64,000 nt of DNA from Mobula hypostoma (GCF_963921235.1 NC_086108.1:56546001-56610000); one strand, 5' to 3'. Positions 13,731 to 26,295 are shown, numbered from the stretch's first letter. The notes: generated from the letters alone by a model not told the origin. Numbers and translations are program-made.

Positions 13731-14309
13731 GAAGTTCAGAGACAATTCTAGACCATTTAGCCCTGGTATGTGAAAACAGTTACTGATGTTCCAGCAAGTA
13801 CATTTGATGTGGCCAGAACTGATGTAGTTCAATGTCAACGAGATAGGGAATGGGAAAACAAGGATTTTAAGATAAGGATCCAGCTTTTGAAAGCCAAGAT
13901 ATTGCTTCAACAGAAGTTGATGTACATCAGATAGAAAAGGCAAACTGATTTGGAGCAGGTTGGGACATGGGCCGGTCAAGTTTTAGTGTATAGAATGTGG
14001 GATGTGAACAAAAAGCAGTTGTAACAGTAAGATCTAAAAAGTAAAAATTTCATAGAAGGTTTTAGAAGACAAGCCAGCCCAAAGTTAGAGTCACAAAATG
14101 AAGAATTTTAAAATTGTGCTATTCAGCTATAGAGAAACCATATTTAACCTTGAACGCAATCTCATTCCTGAATATTTACTCAATATACATCAGGTAACAA
14201 GATCTATAAACAAGCAAAATTGAATATTATGCATGCATTCAATTTGAAAAGTTAGAGTACTAATACATTTAAAAAATATTAACAATATGAATAAAGTCTT
14301 AAGTTTCCA

Positions 14310-14910
14310 GCCAGCTACAGGTATAGACTTTAAACCAATGTTTTGATGACAAACTCTGCCATCTTCATCAGCGATGATGACTAGGTATGTCTAGTCTGGT
14401 GGTATAGTCCACCTCTCCTGTTGAATGAGGACTAACCAGACAGGTTTCCGCTGTCCCGCTTGTTTACAATCAATTCCAGTTCTTAGTGCAAGACCATTGA
14501 CTTTATTAAAATTCTTTTCCTGTAGTTTTATTTCAATAGCTTCCTTCACCAAGCCGTCCCAAAAACCCATTGGCGTGGCACAGCAGTTTTGTGCCGAACT
14601 CAATCCTACAGCAATTACGAATGCAAAACTACTGTGCCACGCCAATGGGTTTTGGGACCACTCGGTGAAGGAAGCCATTGAAATTAAACTGGAGGACAAG
14701 AATTTTAACAAAGATGAAGTTCTCACGCCAAGAACCGGAATTTGATTGTAAACAAGGTGGGACAGTGGAAACCTGATAGGATGAGGACTAACCAATCAGG
14801 AGGGGAATATTATGGGGTATATATACCATCAGACTAGACATGCCCAGACATTATCCCTGATGAAGATGACAGTTTGCTATCAAAACGTCAGTTGAAATTG
14901 ATACTTTTCA
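14310..14910. mobile_element. Palindromic PLE derivative (second PLE family): two inverted copies of the GIY-YIG C-terminus + pLTR
   Basis: ORFs 14391..14795(-) and 14425..14745(+) both end in FWD..VKEAIEIKL..KNFNK. Centre ggcgtggcacagcagttttg / caaaactactgtgccacgcc. CTGATGA boxes in both arms (14857 on +, about 14370 on -). Confidence 0.85.
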
Positions 14911-15074
14911 CCAGCTTCCAGCTGGGTACGAATTTATTTGTTGTATACGGCAGGAGAGTACAAGATCCTTTTTCATATTGCCAACATTTAAGTCTCTACT
15001 CATGTTTAAAAATTAGTTCTAAGATTGACCAACAATGTTTTTGGTGAGAAACAGAATATTGCATTATTACATAA

Positions 15075-16365
15075 AACTTAGAACAGCACTAATGTCCTCT
15101 TCCTGTGTATCATCTATATCCCTCCATTCCATTCCCTTCAATTTCACCTGTCTATCTAAAAGTCTCACTTCAAACTGCCTGATTCCACATCTATCCCAGT
15201 AATCCATTCCAGGCAGCTACCACTCCGCACAAATATAAAACTTACCCCCTCGCATCACCTTCAAACTTCCCACCAACTAACCTTAAAATCACGTCCTCTG
15301 GAGTTTGACATCTCTACCCTGGGAAATTATCCTGGGTCTGCCAGCCCTCGTCTATGTGCAATGGTGGCTTGCTCTGGGGTTAAAGTACTATGTGCATGAG
15401 TAATAGGAAGAAGCTTGTTTTTGCTGTTGCTGTTTGTTGCTTGTTGCATTGTGTTCTGCCGATCATTGTGGGCATGCTATGTCAGGGCTGGAAGGTGTGG
15501 AGACACTTGCAGGTGGCCCCCAGCAATGAGTGGGTGTGTTAGTTTTTAAACAGAAATTCTGCATTTCACTGTATGTTGCGATGTACATATGACAAATTAT
15601 CTTGAATTTGGCTGCACTACCCATGACTCAAGTTTTAAAACCTTTATCAGGCCTCCCCCTCAGCCTATAACACTATAAAGAGCAACTCAAATTTGCCCAA
15701 CTTTTCCTTAAAACTCATACCCTCTAATCCAGGCAGCATTCCGGTAAACCTCTTCTGTACCCTCACCACATCCTTCCTGTAATGGGGTGACCAGAACCAA
15801 AGGCAAAACTCCAAGTGCAGTCTGAATGAAATTTTATATAGCAGCAGAACTTCCTTATTCTTATATTTAACACCCCTATAAATAAAGACAAGCCTGCCAC
15901 ACACCAAATTTTATCACTTAAACCACTTTCCTAGCCACTTCCAGTGAATACCTGGACCCTAAGATCCCTCTGTAGCTCAATGCTACTAAGGAAGTGTGTA
16001 CTGTCTCCTTACATTTGACCTTCCAAATGAAACCACCTTACACTTGCCCAAATTAACTATCTGCCTCTTCTCTGTACACTTCTGTAGCTGAAAAATATCC
16101 CACTGTATTCATTGGTAGTAGTTTACAATACCCTCAACTCACACAGATCCAATCTCTACCCCTTGCAGAATATTTCTGGACATGGCCCTCTGGTGAGAAC
16201 AGGCTTCCACCTTTCACTACCTTCCATGGGGAAACCGGTTCTGAATCTGAACTTGTAATTCACCCAAGACCCCATCCATCTTTTTTCCTACCATGAGGGT
16301 CCATGGACTTTAGTAAGGAATTTGATAAAGTCCTTTGCCTTGCCCTCGTCAAGCCCCTTTGTCAC
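15075..16365 (-). mobile_element. Degenerate CR1 LINE 3' part, with a secondary insertion at about 15350-15610
   Basis: ORF 15665..15907 LYKISFRLHLEFCLWFWSPHYRKDV..VQKRFTGMLPGL. Confidence 0.85.
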
Positions 16366-16435
16366 GTCATTACAAAAATATTGCAAAAACCCTAACATAT
16401 ATGAGCAATATGTGAAAGTTTTCTCAATACATTTA

Positions 16436-17612
16436 TAGTAGCATGCAAAAGTTTGGGCACCCCGGTCAAAATTTCTGTTACTGTGAATAGCTGAGCAAGT
16501 AAAAGATGAACTGATTTCCAAAAGGCATAAAGTTAGAGATGACACATTTCTTTAATATTTTAAGCAAGAAAACTCTTTTTATTTCCATCTTTTACAGTTT
16601 CAAAATAACAGAAAAGGAAAAGGGCCGAAGCAAAAGTTTGGGCACCCTGCATGGCAGTACTTAGTAACACCCCCTTTGGCAAGTATCACAGCTTGTAAAT
16701 GCTTTTTATAGCCAGCTAGGAGTCTTTCAATTCTTGTTTCTGGAATTTTCGCCCATTCTTCCTTGCAAAAGGCTTCTAGTTCTGTGAGATTCTTGGGCTG
16801 TCTTGCATGCACTGTTTTTTTGAGGTCTATCCACAGATTCTTGATGATGTTTAGGTCAGGGCACTGTGAGGCCCATGGCAAAACCTTCAGTTTGCGCCTC
16901 TTGAGGTAGTCCATCGTGGATTTTGAGGTGTGTTTAGGTTCATTATCCTGTTGTAGAAGGCATCCTCTTTTCATCTTCACCTGTTTTTTTTTTACAGACG
17001 GTGTGATGTTTGCTTCCAGAATTTGCTGGTATTTAATTGAATTCATTCTTCCCTCTACCAGTAAACGCTCCCCGTGCCACTGGCTGCAACACAAGCCCAA
17101 AGCATGATCGATCCACCCCCGTGCTTAACAGTTGGAGAGGGGTTCGTTTCATGAAATTCTGCACCCTTTTTTCTCCAAACATACCTTTGCTCACTGCGGC
17201 CAAAAAGTTCTATTTTAAATCCATCAGTCCACAGGACTTGTTTCCAAAATGCATCAGGCTTGTTTAGATGTTCCTTTGAACCTTTTGAATAGAACACCCA
17301 AGGAAGAATGGGTAAAAATTCCCCAAACAAGAACTGAAAGACTTAGCTGGCTATAAAAAGCGTTGACATGCTGTGATACCTGCCAAAGGGGATGTTACTA
17401 AGTACTGCCATGCAGGGTTCGGGCCCTTTTCCCTTTTTGTTATTGTGAAACTGTAAAAGATGGAAATAAAAAAGTTTTCTTGATTAAAATATTAAAGAAT
17501 GGTGTCATCTTTAACTTTATGCCTTTTGGAAATCAGTTCATCTTTTACTCGCTTACCTATTCACAGTAACAGAAATTTTGACCAGGGGTGCCCAAACTTT
17601 TGCATGCTACTG
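16436..17612 (-). mobile_element. Tc1/mariner (DD34E) DNA transposon, defective
   Basis: TA TSDs at 16434-35 and 17613-14; TIR (c/t)agtagcatgcaaaagtttgggcacccc. Transposase fragments WKQVLWTDGFKIELFG, KHGGGSIMLWAC, QQDNEPKH, WASQCPDLNIIKNLW (catalytic E replaced by K), with a frameshift. Confidence 0.95.
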
Positions 17613-17971
17613 TATTTTTAACTGAGAAACTAAATAAGTTAATTATCACTCAGCTCATGATATCATACACCCACCTTGCCAGCACAGTTCTTTTAATTTT
17701 TTTTTACAACAGAAAATCAGGTAGAAGATTGTGGTAGAAGGACTCTGGTTAAAACAACTGTATGCTCTCATCAATTGGCCAATCTTACCTACAAAGCAAG
17801 ACTATTTTTAAACACAGAACTGAATAAACTCAAATTTTGAGAAATAAAACCTTGCAAGGATGTAATATTGCATAGCTAATTTGCTGATTATGTATTTATC
17901 TTATAGAAGTTGGAAGTATGAAACATGTGGTTTTAACATTATTAAATAAATTAAATTTTGATGTTACTTAC

Positions 17972-18043
17972 TTGAGCAGTAAACCTTCGGCTATCATTGT
18001 AAACAGAATAGAAAACCTCCTTAGGACTGTAAACATCGGGAGA
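17972..18043 (-). CDS. SLC35D1: SLC35D1 coding exon 5 (72 nt; LPMFTVLRRFSILFTMIAEGLLL)
   Basis: Acceptor ttttcccag, donor AA|gtaagt; near-identical to the SLC35D1 peptide. Confidence 0.96.
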
Positions 18044-18128
18044 CTGGGAAAATGAAATTAAATTTAGAAAAAGCTACATTTTTAAAATAAAGCAACTTTT
18101 TTTTTCAAAAGAATGGATTCAAACATAC

Positions 18129-18196
18129 TTCAGTTTCTTAGTACCAAGAAGTCCTGTCAGTTGGTTCCCCAAATACAAGAGAGGTAGTGGAAATAT
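18129..18196 (-). CDS. SLC35D1: SLC35D1 coding exon 4 (68 nt; IFPLPLLYLGNQLTGLLGTKKL)
   Basis: Acceptor tttctcatag, donor AA|gtatgt; matches [23 protein letters not shown]. Confidence 0.96.
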
Positions 18197-20935
18197 CTAT
18201 GAGAAAGTAGTTTTAAATTTATCATTAAATAAATGCATTGTAATAATAATTTAAAAAGATGCAAAAGAAATTACAATATAAGGTATCGTCCACTTTAACA
18301 TAGGTTATGCATATAATTTTCTCACCACTTCGGAAAACTTAAGATACTGATGATTTGCCTGCTAAACTGTTACATTCCCATTCATTCACATATATGTCCC
18401 TAATAGCAACAATGTTTTTCTTCTATTCTTTTCCCCCTTTGTTAGATTTGAACATGATTTGCAAGCTTTGTACAGCAACTCAGGACACTTGACAATTGTC
18501 AAATGATAGTGGATATGTAGTTATTGTGGTCTCACTGTAATTTGCCAAGCTTCAAAAGTTTAACACTTCTGCACAAACGCAGAACTTGCTAACAAAACAA
18601 CTCCATTAATTTTCTTGCTGCTCTTTGACACTGGAATCTGGGTGGAGATGAACGGCCTAGCACAAACTTGTTAAATTCCACAGTATGTCCGGCTGCAGGT
18701 TCTCTCAAGGCATTTAGAATCATCAACTCACTCAACTGAACGGAGATTGTAGCCACAAGGAAGAAAAGTGTTTACATGCTACAGTTGTTAAAGAATTTCT
18801 GGATATTGGAGTTTTAAATTATTTTATTTTGATTTATTTTTAAACAGGTAAGTATCAGACACATGGAAAAGCATTTGAAAACTTGTTATTTTTTGGCATA
18901 TGGCAAATTCACAACTGTGAAATATGGTTCTGGCTCATCCAGATGACCAGACCACAAAGCACATTGCCCTGACGTCACACAGGTCACTGACAGCCTTACG
19001 CCCAGCTATCCAGCTAACCTGGCCTTTTCCATAGGAAATCAAATAGAGGGAGAGAGGTGCTTTCAGCAAGTTTCAGGAAACATTTGTCTAAACAGTAAGC
19101 CAGCAATCTAACACCAACAAGATCAAGTTCTTATTTCAGGATCTGGGAGTAACAATAATTTCAAAGTTATAAATTCCTTTTTCTTTCCAATAAAAGTTGA
19201 TAAGAAATTCATGCTGTCCAGATACATGCAGGTACAGGAATGAATGCTGATTACAAGTTCTTCAAAAATACAATCCTTACTTGGCTAGGCCCACCAAAAT
19301 GATTATGGAGACAATTCATTTATTTATCACATGTTCACTCACTGAAAAATAATGAAACAATCAACACAACCCAAGACGTGATGAGAACAGCCCACAAGTG
19401 TCGCCATCCATTCCAGAGCCAATAGCATGCTCACCACATTAGCAGAATGCACGAGCGACAACAGAATAATTAGGGATGGAAAACAAAGAATGGATTTGAA
19501 AGCAATCATCACACTTGGTGAATAGGTTCCAGGTGCAGAAAAATAAAGGATTATATTGATATTTGTTCTTTGCAGAGATCAGAAAGCTAAAATGATCCCT
19601 TCCACTATTTCTATCATATGGACTTCGGGTCATTTGTTACCTCACTGTTCCCATGCCCTAAGACCACAAATCTAAGATATTTTCAATTCAGTGGCTTAAT
19701 AGTAAACTGGAACCTCATTTTTACTTAGAATGTGTTCATGAGAACACTAGTGTAACCAGTCCAGGCACAGTCACTATTGCAAACATTACTGACAGTACTG
19801 CCAATCTGCCCTTCCTACTGCTGTACTGGGAAACTAGGAGAGAGCTTAGCCCTCCAGTAGCATGCCTACAGCAATGAAACAGCTCAAGCAAGTACATCAA
19901 TCCATGGCTCAGTGAGAAGTGAGTCACCAAGGCAATGTGCAATGACTACCCGAGAAGGGCTGGTGTTGCTGGGTTGAGTTTGTTATCACAAGTCTCCAAG
20001 TGGTGATATCATCATCCATTACTTTCAACAATAGGCAATGACAGAGCACAGCATCTAGACACTGTCAACACATAGTGCCCAAAGGCCTGAGCACACTCTC
20101 TTAATCCCAGATCTCAGTACTGCTGTGAGAGCACTGCTCAGCCCAGTCGGCCCAGCACCAGTGGTTCACTTCACACTGAGCTACGCAGTGATGCGATCTG
20201 TTTCAACTATCTAGATATCAAGCACTTAGTGCAGTAGCATGTGGCTCATGCAGTTTTTTTTAAAAAAGGAAATACCCATTATTGTTCAAACTCTAGAACT
20301 AAGAGCACAATAGCAAAACAGCAAATTACACCAAGTGAACATCGGCACATTTTGATAAACTCAGTCAGATCTATGAAGCCATTCTATTGCACATTTAAAT
20401 TAAAAGGTAAGATTTCTAAAAATTGCTGATAATCACATTTTACAAAATTGTGATGAAGGTTAAATTTATCGAGTGGTATAGATACTCCGTATTTGATCCA
20501 ATGATGAATGCAGTGTGGTCACAAAATCCCTTTTAACCAGCTCAACTGTACTGCATTTATTAACAAGTTGCTTAGATATACTTTTGCTAAAAATTCAACA
20601 GCAGAAGTCTTTATTCCAATTCCTAAATAAAAGCTCTGCCAAACAATTAAAATTTGTTACAAAAAATAAGGAAATTACAAAGTACTATTGATCAGCTTTG
20701 TTGCAAACTGAGTCGTTTACAAAGCTTATAATTCATATTAAAGCATCCTCTAATAATCTATATGTGGAAAACCTTCCAACTTGTCATAATGCTGAACAAT
20801 GATGAGTGTAGTAATTTGTTTGATAAGCCTATTCTGCAATATTTTTCATACAAAATGTGAACTATTCAAAAGTGAAATCCAAACTATATTAATTACATTA
20901 CTACATAATGGAAATCAAAAAATATTCAGACTTGC

Positions 20936-21022
20936 CTTTCGAGGCATACTATAATCGACGTCAGGAAACTTTACCACTTTGCATGCCTTACCCACCCACA
21001 GTAGGGTCACTGTTGCCAACAT
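20936..21022 (-). CDS. SLC35D1: SLC35D1 coding exon 3 (87 nt; [29 protein letters not shown])
   Basis: Acceptor tcatttgcag, non-canonical donor AAG|gcaagt; matches MVATVAVLWVGKALRVVKFPD..PRK. Confidence 0.94.
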
Positions 21023-21136
21023 CTGCAAATGAAAGAAAGTTTTCAGAAAGTAGGCCACATGCGGCTGTTCACGCATTTATGCAAACTGAAGGCTTACAAT
21101 AAAGCATTGACAAGAGAAAGTGTGAAAGCAACATAC

Positions 21137-21170
21137 CTGACCAAGACCCACAAATATTATTGAAGGGAAT
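21137..21170 (-). CDS. SLC35D1: SLC35D1 coding exon 2 (34 nt; FPSIIFVGLGQ)
   Basis: Acceptor tttcatctatag, donor CAG|gtatgt; phase 2 to phase 0; matches FPSSLCVGLGQ. Confidence 0.94.
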
Positions 21171-21829
21171 CTATAGATGAAATTAAAAAGATGAGAATGG
21201 TTAAACTTCAGTCTCCGATACGTTTGCAAGGATAACAAGTCAAAAGTGGAAAGAGAGAGAGAAAAAAGTGCGTTAACTCCCTTATTTCCTCTTTCCCGAA
21301 ATTAACAAAGCGACTTTGGATTGGCCTTTTACATTTTCTGCTGTCAAATTAACAAGCAGAGATGTAAAAACCAATCCAATCATTTTTAATTCAGCCCGCT
21401 AAGTTATCGTGAAAGAGAAAATAAACTTTCAATAGTGGTTAAATACAAAATTCTCAAATTGAAAAGTGAGAAACGCAAAGTAAACCTAAGTTTCTAACAG
21501 CAATTTTAAAAGTTAATGCAAAATATGAGAAATAACTTTGGCAGTGGATAGATCAGTATTTCCATATATTAAGAATCTGAAACCAAATATTGCTTCGGAA
21601 GAAATAGGAGCTGCTCGTTTCCTATGGATTTATACATTTAACACAATTAAAAGTTGTCATATGCAAAATTTCACCTTATAAATAATGCTGCAGTTTAAAA
21701 AAATCTCAAGTATTTAAAATACACACACGCAACGTATTAACATTTAAGTCATGCTGGAGTCAATAAAATATCTTTAATAGGAATTAATGCAGAGAACATA
21801 ACGATTAAACCAGATGCGATTTCTGTTTC

Positions 21830-22530
21830 AAACACGCCCCGCTGCCAAGGCTAACGGCGCGGATCCCCGGGGTTCACGCCCTATGCAATTGATTTTTCAC
21901 CTGTGGCTGGTAAGGACGCTCTTGTTTACGACGACAATAAAAAACGAGCTTATTCCGTAAAAAGCGGCTGCGCACAGCTTCAGGAAGACGGTCATCGGCT
22001 CGGCCGACATCTCGCCGACGCGAGCAGCATCTCCAGCCGCCTCGCTTCTTTCCTGGCTCGACTTAACCACAACATCATGACGTTGACGAACTTCTAACAT
22101 GTCTTCAGCCCCCAGGCTCCGCGGCGACGTCCCCCTCCCCCTCCTCGGCGTGCTGATGTCATAGCCTCCCGGGCCGCACGTCGTGCGTACCGGGGGAGGG
22201 GGAGTTTGAGTGTCCGAGCTAGTGGAAGATATTACGTAAATTATCTTTTTGTTATCGATTAATCTAAGTTAAGTAGCACTGAATTTTGAACCTGGAGATG
22301 ACAAAATAAGTTTTAACTATGTGAGTCCAAGCTTTACATCTGAAAGCCCGGTGATAGATAAGAAGCGTGATTTCTAGACAGTGAGGCTGGCGTTAACTAC
22401 AGGGTCCCTTTGTTTCGCATTAATATTGTATCGGGGCTTCTATATGCGACCGACGTTTTCGAGCCTGGTGGCCACCATCAGTGCTGGAGAGGGAGACGCT
22501 TCTTGCTGGCGTTTGGGGCGACTGGGCTGG
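21830..22530. promoter_or_regulatory. CpG-island promoter of SLC35D1
   Basis: CpG-dense non-repeat block around exon 1. Contains GC-box-like CCCCTCCCC/GGGGAGGGG runs, TGATGTCA (22154-61) and TTACGTAA (22232-39) bZIP-type motifs. Confidence 0.8.
21901..22100 (-). CDS. SLC35D1: SLC35D1 coding exon 1 (UDP-glucuronic acid/UDP-GalNAc transporter N-terminus)
   Basis: MLEVRQRH...AEPMTVFLKLCAAAFYGISSFFIVVVNKSVLTSHR resembles human MAEVHRRQH...AETLTVFLKLLAAGFYGVSSFLIVVVNKSVLTNYR; donor CAG|gtgaaa. Confidence 0.95.
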
Positions 22531-22984
22531 CGAGATAGAGAAAACAGGGGGATTAAAAAAGTAAGAAAACTAAGTATAAAGGAGCGGGGTTTGAAAGTAG
22601 GATATCGAAGCAGTACAAGAGAGTGAGGAAAAGGGGATGGACAAGATTAGGTGCCCACGTATGTGCGTATTTGTGTGTGTGCGGTTCGAAGTGCACAGGC
22701 TGGTTTCCTGTCGATTTCAACCTCTGCCATTGGACCAAGCCCTTATAGTCAAAACTGTGGTACCGAGTGTACAACCATCACTCAAGGTTCATAAAATAAA
22801 ATACAGATACTTCTCAAGACTGGAAACAGAAACAAGTCATAGAGCCACATAAAACAGCGAAATAGGCCCATTGGTACACTGTACTCATGCTGACCTTCAA
22901 GCACCCTTTTACCAGCATTTGGTGTGTGGCTTTCCTTGCCTTGCTCCTGAGGGAACTACCTAATATGAATATTAGGGTCATAAG

Positions 22985-23290
22985 CACAAGAGATTCTGGA
23001 AATCCAACGTAATACACACAAAATGCCGGAGGAACTGAGCAGGTCAGACAGCACCTATGAAGAGGAAATAAAAAGTCCATGTATTGGGTGGAGATCCTTC
23101 ACTAGGACCAGGAAGGAAGGGTGAAGAAGCCAGAATAAAAAGGTGGGGGAGAGCAAGAAGTACAAGCTAGTAGGAGATAGTTGAAGCCACGTGAGAGGGA
23201 ACTTGGGTAGATGGGGGAAGGGTGGTGAAATGAGCTGGGTGGCGATAGGTGGAAAAGTTAAAGGGCTGAAGAAGAAGGAATCTTAGGAGA
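22985..23290 (-). mobile_element. Old PLE pLTR/3' UTR fragment
   Basis: ggaggaactgagcaggtcagacagcacctatg... pLTR motif with a decayed hammerhead, followed by a purine-rich UTR. Confidence 0.75.
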
Positions 23291-23294
23291 AACC

Positions 23295-24720
23295 GTTGGG
23301 CATCAGAGCAGAATTAGGCCACTCAGCAGGTCTGCTCTGCCATTCCATCATCGCTGACTTATTATCCCTCTCAACCCTGTTCTGCCTTTTCCTGTAACCT
23401 TTGATGCCGTGACTAATCAATAACGTAGCAACTCTTTAACCATACTCAATAACCTAGCCTCTAAAGCCATCTGTGGCAATGAATTCCACACAATCACCAC
23501 CCTCTGGCTAAAGAAATAACTCATTATCTCTGTTCCATATGGATGTCCCTCTGTTCTAAGCCTGTGCCCACTGGTCCTAGACTCACCCATTTTAGGAAGC
23601 ATCCACACTACCTAGGCCTTTCAATAAGATCTCTCCCCCTCCCACTCATTCTTCTAAGCTCCAGCGAGTACAGGCCCAGAGCCATCTAATGTTCCTTATG
23701 TGTTAACCCTTTCATTCACAAACTCATTCTTGTAAACCACCTCTGTACCCTGTCCAAGTGCAGTCTGACCAGTGCCTTATCAAGCCTCAGAATCACATCC
23801 TTGATCTTATATACTAACCCTCTTGAAATGAGAGCTAACATTGCATTTACTTTACTTACTACTGACTCAACCTGCACCCATGCCTGAGGCTGCTTAACAA
23901 TATAAGAGGCCATGGTATTACAGGAAAGTTAGAAGCATGAATAGAAGATTGGCAGGAGGACAACAGTGAGAATAAAGGGGGCCTATTCTGGTTGGTTGCT
24001 GGTGACTAGTGGTTTTCTGCAAGGGTTGGTAAAGGTGTAGAAAATAGTCTACACCTTTATTCCTTCTACCAGAGTGCATGACCATACAGTTCACTACACT
24101 ATATTCCACTTGTCACTTTGTCCATTCCCCTTGTCTGTCTCGGTCCTTCTACTTCCTCAACACTACCTCCAAACTTGGCCACAAAGCCATCAATTCTGTC
24201 ATCCAGTTCATACATACTGTATAATGTGAAAAGAAGCTGTCCTAATACTGACCCCTCCAGAACACCACTAGTCACCAGCAGCCAGCCAGAATAGGCCCCT
24301 TTATTCCCACTGTTGGCCTTCTGCCAATCTTCTATCCATCCTTCTATATTTCCTGTAATACCATGGCCCCTTATCTTGTTCAGCAGCCTCAGGTATGCTA
24401 CCTTGCCAAAGGCCTTCTGAGAATCCAAGTAAACAACACCCACTGACTCTCCTTTGTCTATCCTGCCTGTTATTCCAACAGATTTATTAGGAAAGATTTC
24501 CTCTAAAGGAAACCATGCTGACTTTGGCCTTCTTTATCACAAGTATTCAATTTATCATGCCTACAAGTATCCCAAAACATCTTTCCAACCAACCAGTGAA
24601 GTCAGGCTAACTGACCTATAATTTCCTTATAGTGATTCTTGAAAGATAATTATCAATGTCTCCACAATCCCTTCAGCTACCTCATTCTGAACCCTGGGAT
24701 ATACTCCATTTGGCCTTTTT
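23295..24720 (-). mobile_element. Degenerate CR1 LINE (RT + 3' UTR)
   Basis: ORF 24099..24443 VVYLDSQKAFGKV..RLLNKIRGHGI..VTSGVLEGSVLG; FFSQRVVIVWNSLP. Confidence 0.9.
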
Positions 24721-24734
24721 CTTATTGTTAATGT

Positions 24735-25012
24735 CAGGAAGGAGGTACAGAAGCCTCCAGGCACACACTTAGTGATTCAGGAAAAGCTTCTTCCCTTTTG
24801 CCATCGGATTTCTAAATGGACATTGAACCCATGAACACTACTTCACTGCTTCTTTATTTCCGTTTTTTGCACTAATTTTAGCTTAACTATTTAATAGATA
24901 TATATTTAGAGTAATTCAGATTTTTAAAAATATTTATCATGTATTTCATTATACCACTGTAAAGTTAACAAATTTCACAGCTTATGATGGTGATATTAAA
25001 CCTGATTCTGAT
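24735..25012 (+). mobile_element. Rex1-like LINE 3' end
   Basis: SGRRYRSL..HT..FRKSFFP remnant and tail aataaa-like attaaacctgattctgat; same family as 49140-49420. Confidence 0.75.
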
Positions 25013-25014
25013 AA

Positions 25015-25700
25015 GCACTTCATCACAGTAGATATGAGTGCAACCGGGTAATAGTCATTGAGGCGTTCACCTTGCTCTTCTTGGGCATTGTTATGATTGT
25101 CACCCTGTTAAGGCAGGTGGGAACCTCTGACTCCAGCAGCGAGCGATTGAGAATGTCCTTGAACACTCCCATGAATTGGTTGGCACACCATCACATCAGC
25201 CTGACTAACGTTGGCCTGAGGTGGAAGTACATGCTACCAGGATGATGGCAGAAAACCTCCTCGGCAAATAAAATGGACAACACTTGATCGCTAGATGTTC
25301 CAGGATGGGTGAGTCAGAACTGCCAGGTCTGTATACCACAGAGCTAATCATGAAGCCCATTCCACTTCCTCTACCTTTAAAAGACTCAGTTGTCCGGTCT
25401 TTACAACAGATGGTGAAGCCCTTGGGGTGTAGTGGTGTGTCTGAAATGGCAGGGATGAGCCATGTTTCCGTGAAGTAAAGTATGCAGCAGTCCCTGATGT
25501 CACTTTGATACTGTAATCTTTCTCTGAGGTCTTCAATTTTATTTTTCAGAGGCTGTACACTCACCAGCAGGATAGTCTGGAGTGGGGTGTGAAAAACCTA
25601 AAGTCACTGTTTTTCGATCGTACCTGTAGACTAGCCTGCTTTCCTCACTTCTTATTTCTTACAGGGGAATTACATTTGTGACACGAGTCTGCCATCTGGC
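25015..25700 (-). mobile_element. Rex1/Babar LINE fragment (APE endonuclease, internally deleted)
   Basis: ORF 25205..25564 VQPLKNKIEDLRERLQYQSDIRDCCILYFTETWL..CPFYLPRRFSAIILVA. Confidence 0.85.
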
Positions 25701-26295
25701 ATCTGCCAATTTTAAGGATCAAAAGATTTCTTTAAAATATCCTAACACGCTGTTTACTGAAGTATTCATGTCTATGACTGTAGATTTCTAATGTATTAGT
25801 CCCTAAAGGCAATATTTGATTATTCCCATCAGAGCTGCATGCAAAGAATTGGCAATTATTGGTGCCAGCTGAAAATGAGCAACAGCAAACGAGTAATAAA
25901 AATACAAAATACTGGACTTACTTTGCATTCAGGTCAATGACATTTCCTTAAGGTTGGAAAAATGAAAAAAAAAACACAAGTTTTAATTTGCAGAGAAGGA
26001 GCAAGAGAAAAAGAGGATGCCTATGACTGGATTGAAACAAGTAAATGGGTGACAAATCCTGTTGGTGTAACCACATAGAGGTGTTGAAAGTTTGTTAATC
26101 TTATCTGATCTATCTCAAGGAAATGTTAATAAATGGAGATAAACGTGGGGAAAATACTGCAACACTGAGATACAGAATGCATTAATTGTTAGAAACCAGA
26201 AGAAAATTAGAATGCTGGAAGTAGTCAGGAAATCAGCTAGTATTCCTGAAGAGTGGAGAAACTAATTATCCAGTCGGATAACCTTGCATCTATAC

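Noticed and set aside
20448..20526. C/D snoRNA-like motif (GTGATGA with ttgtga/tcacaa terminal stem)
   Set aside because: No terminal CTGA box D, and it is antisense to the host gene.
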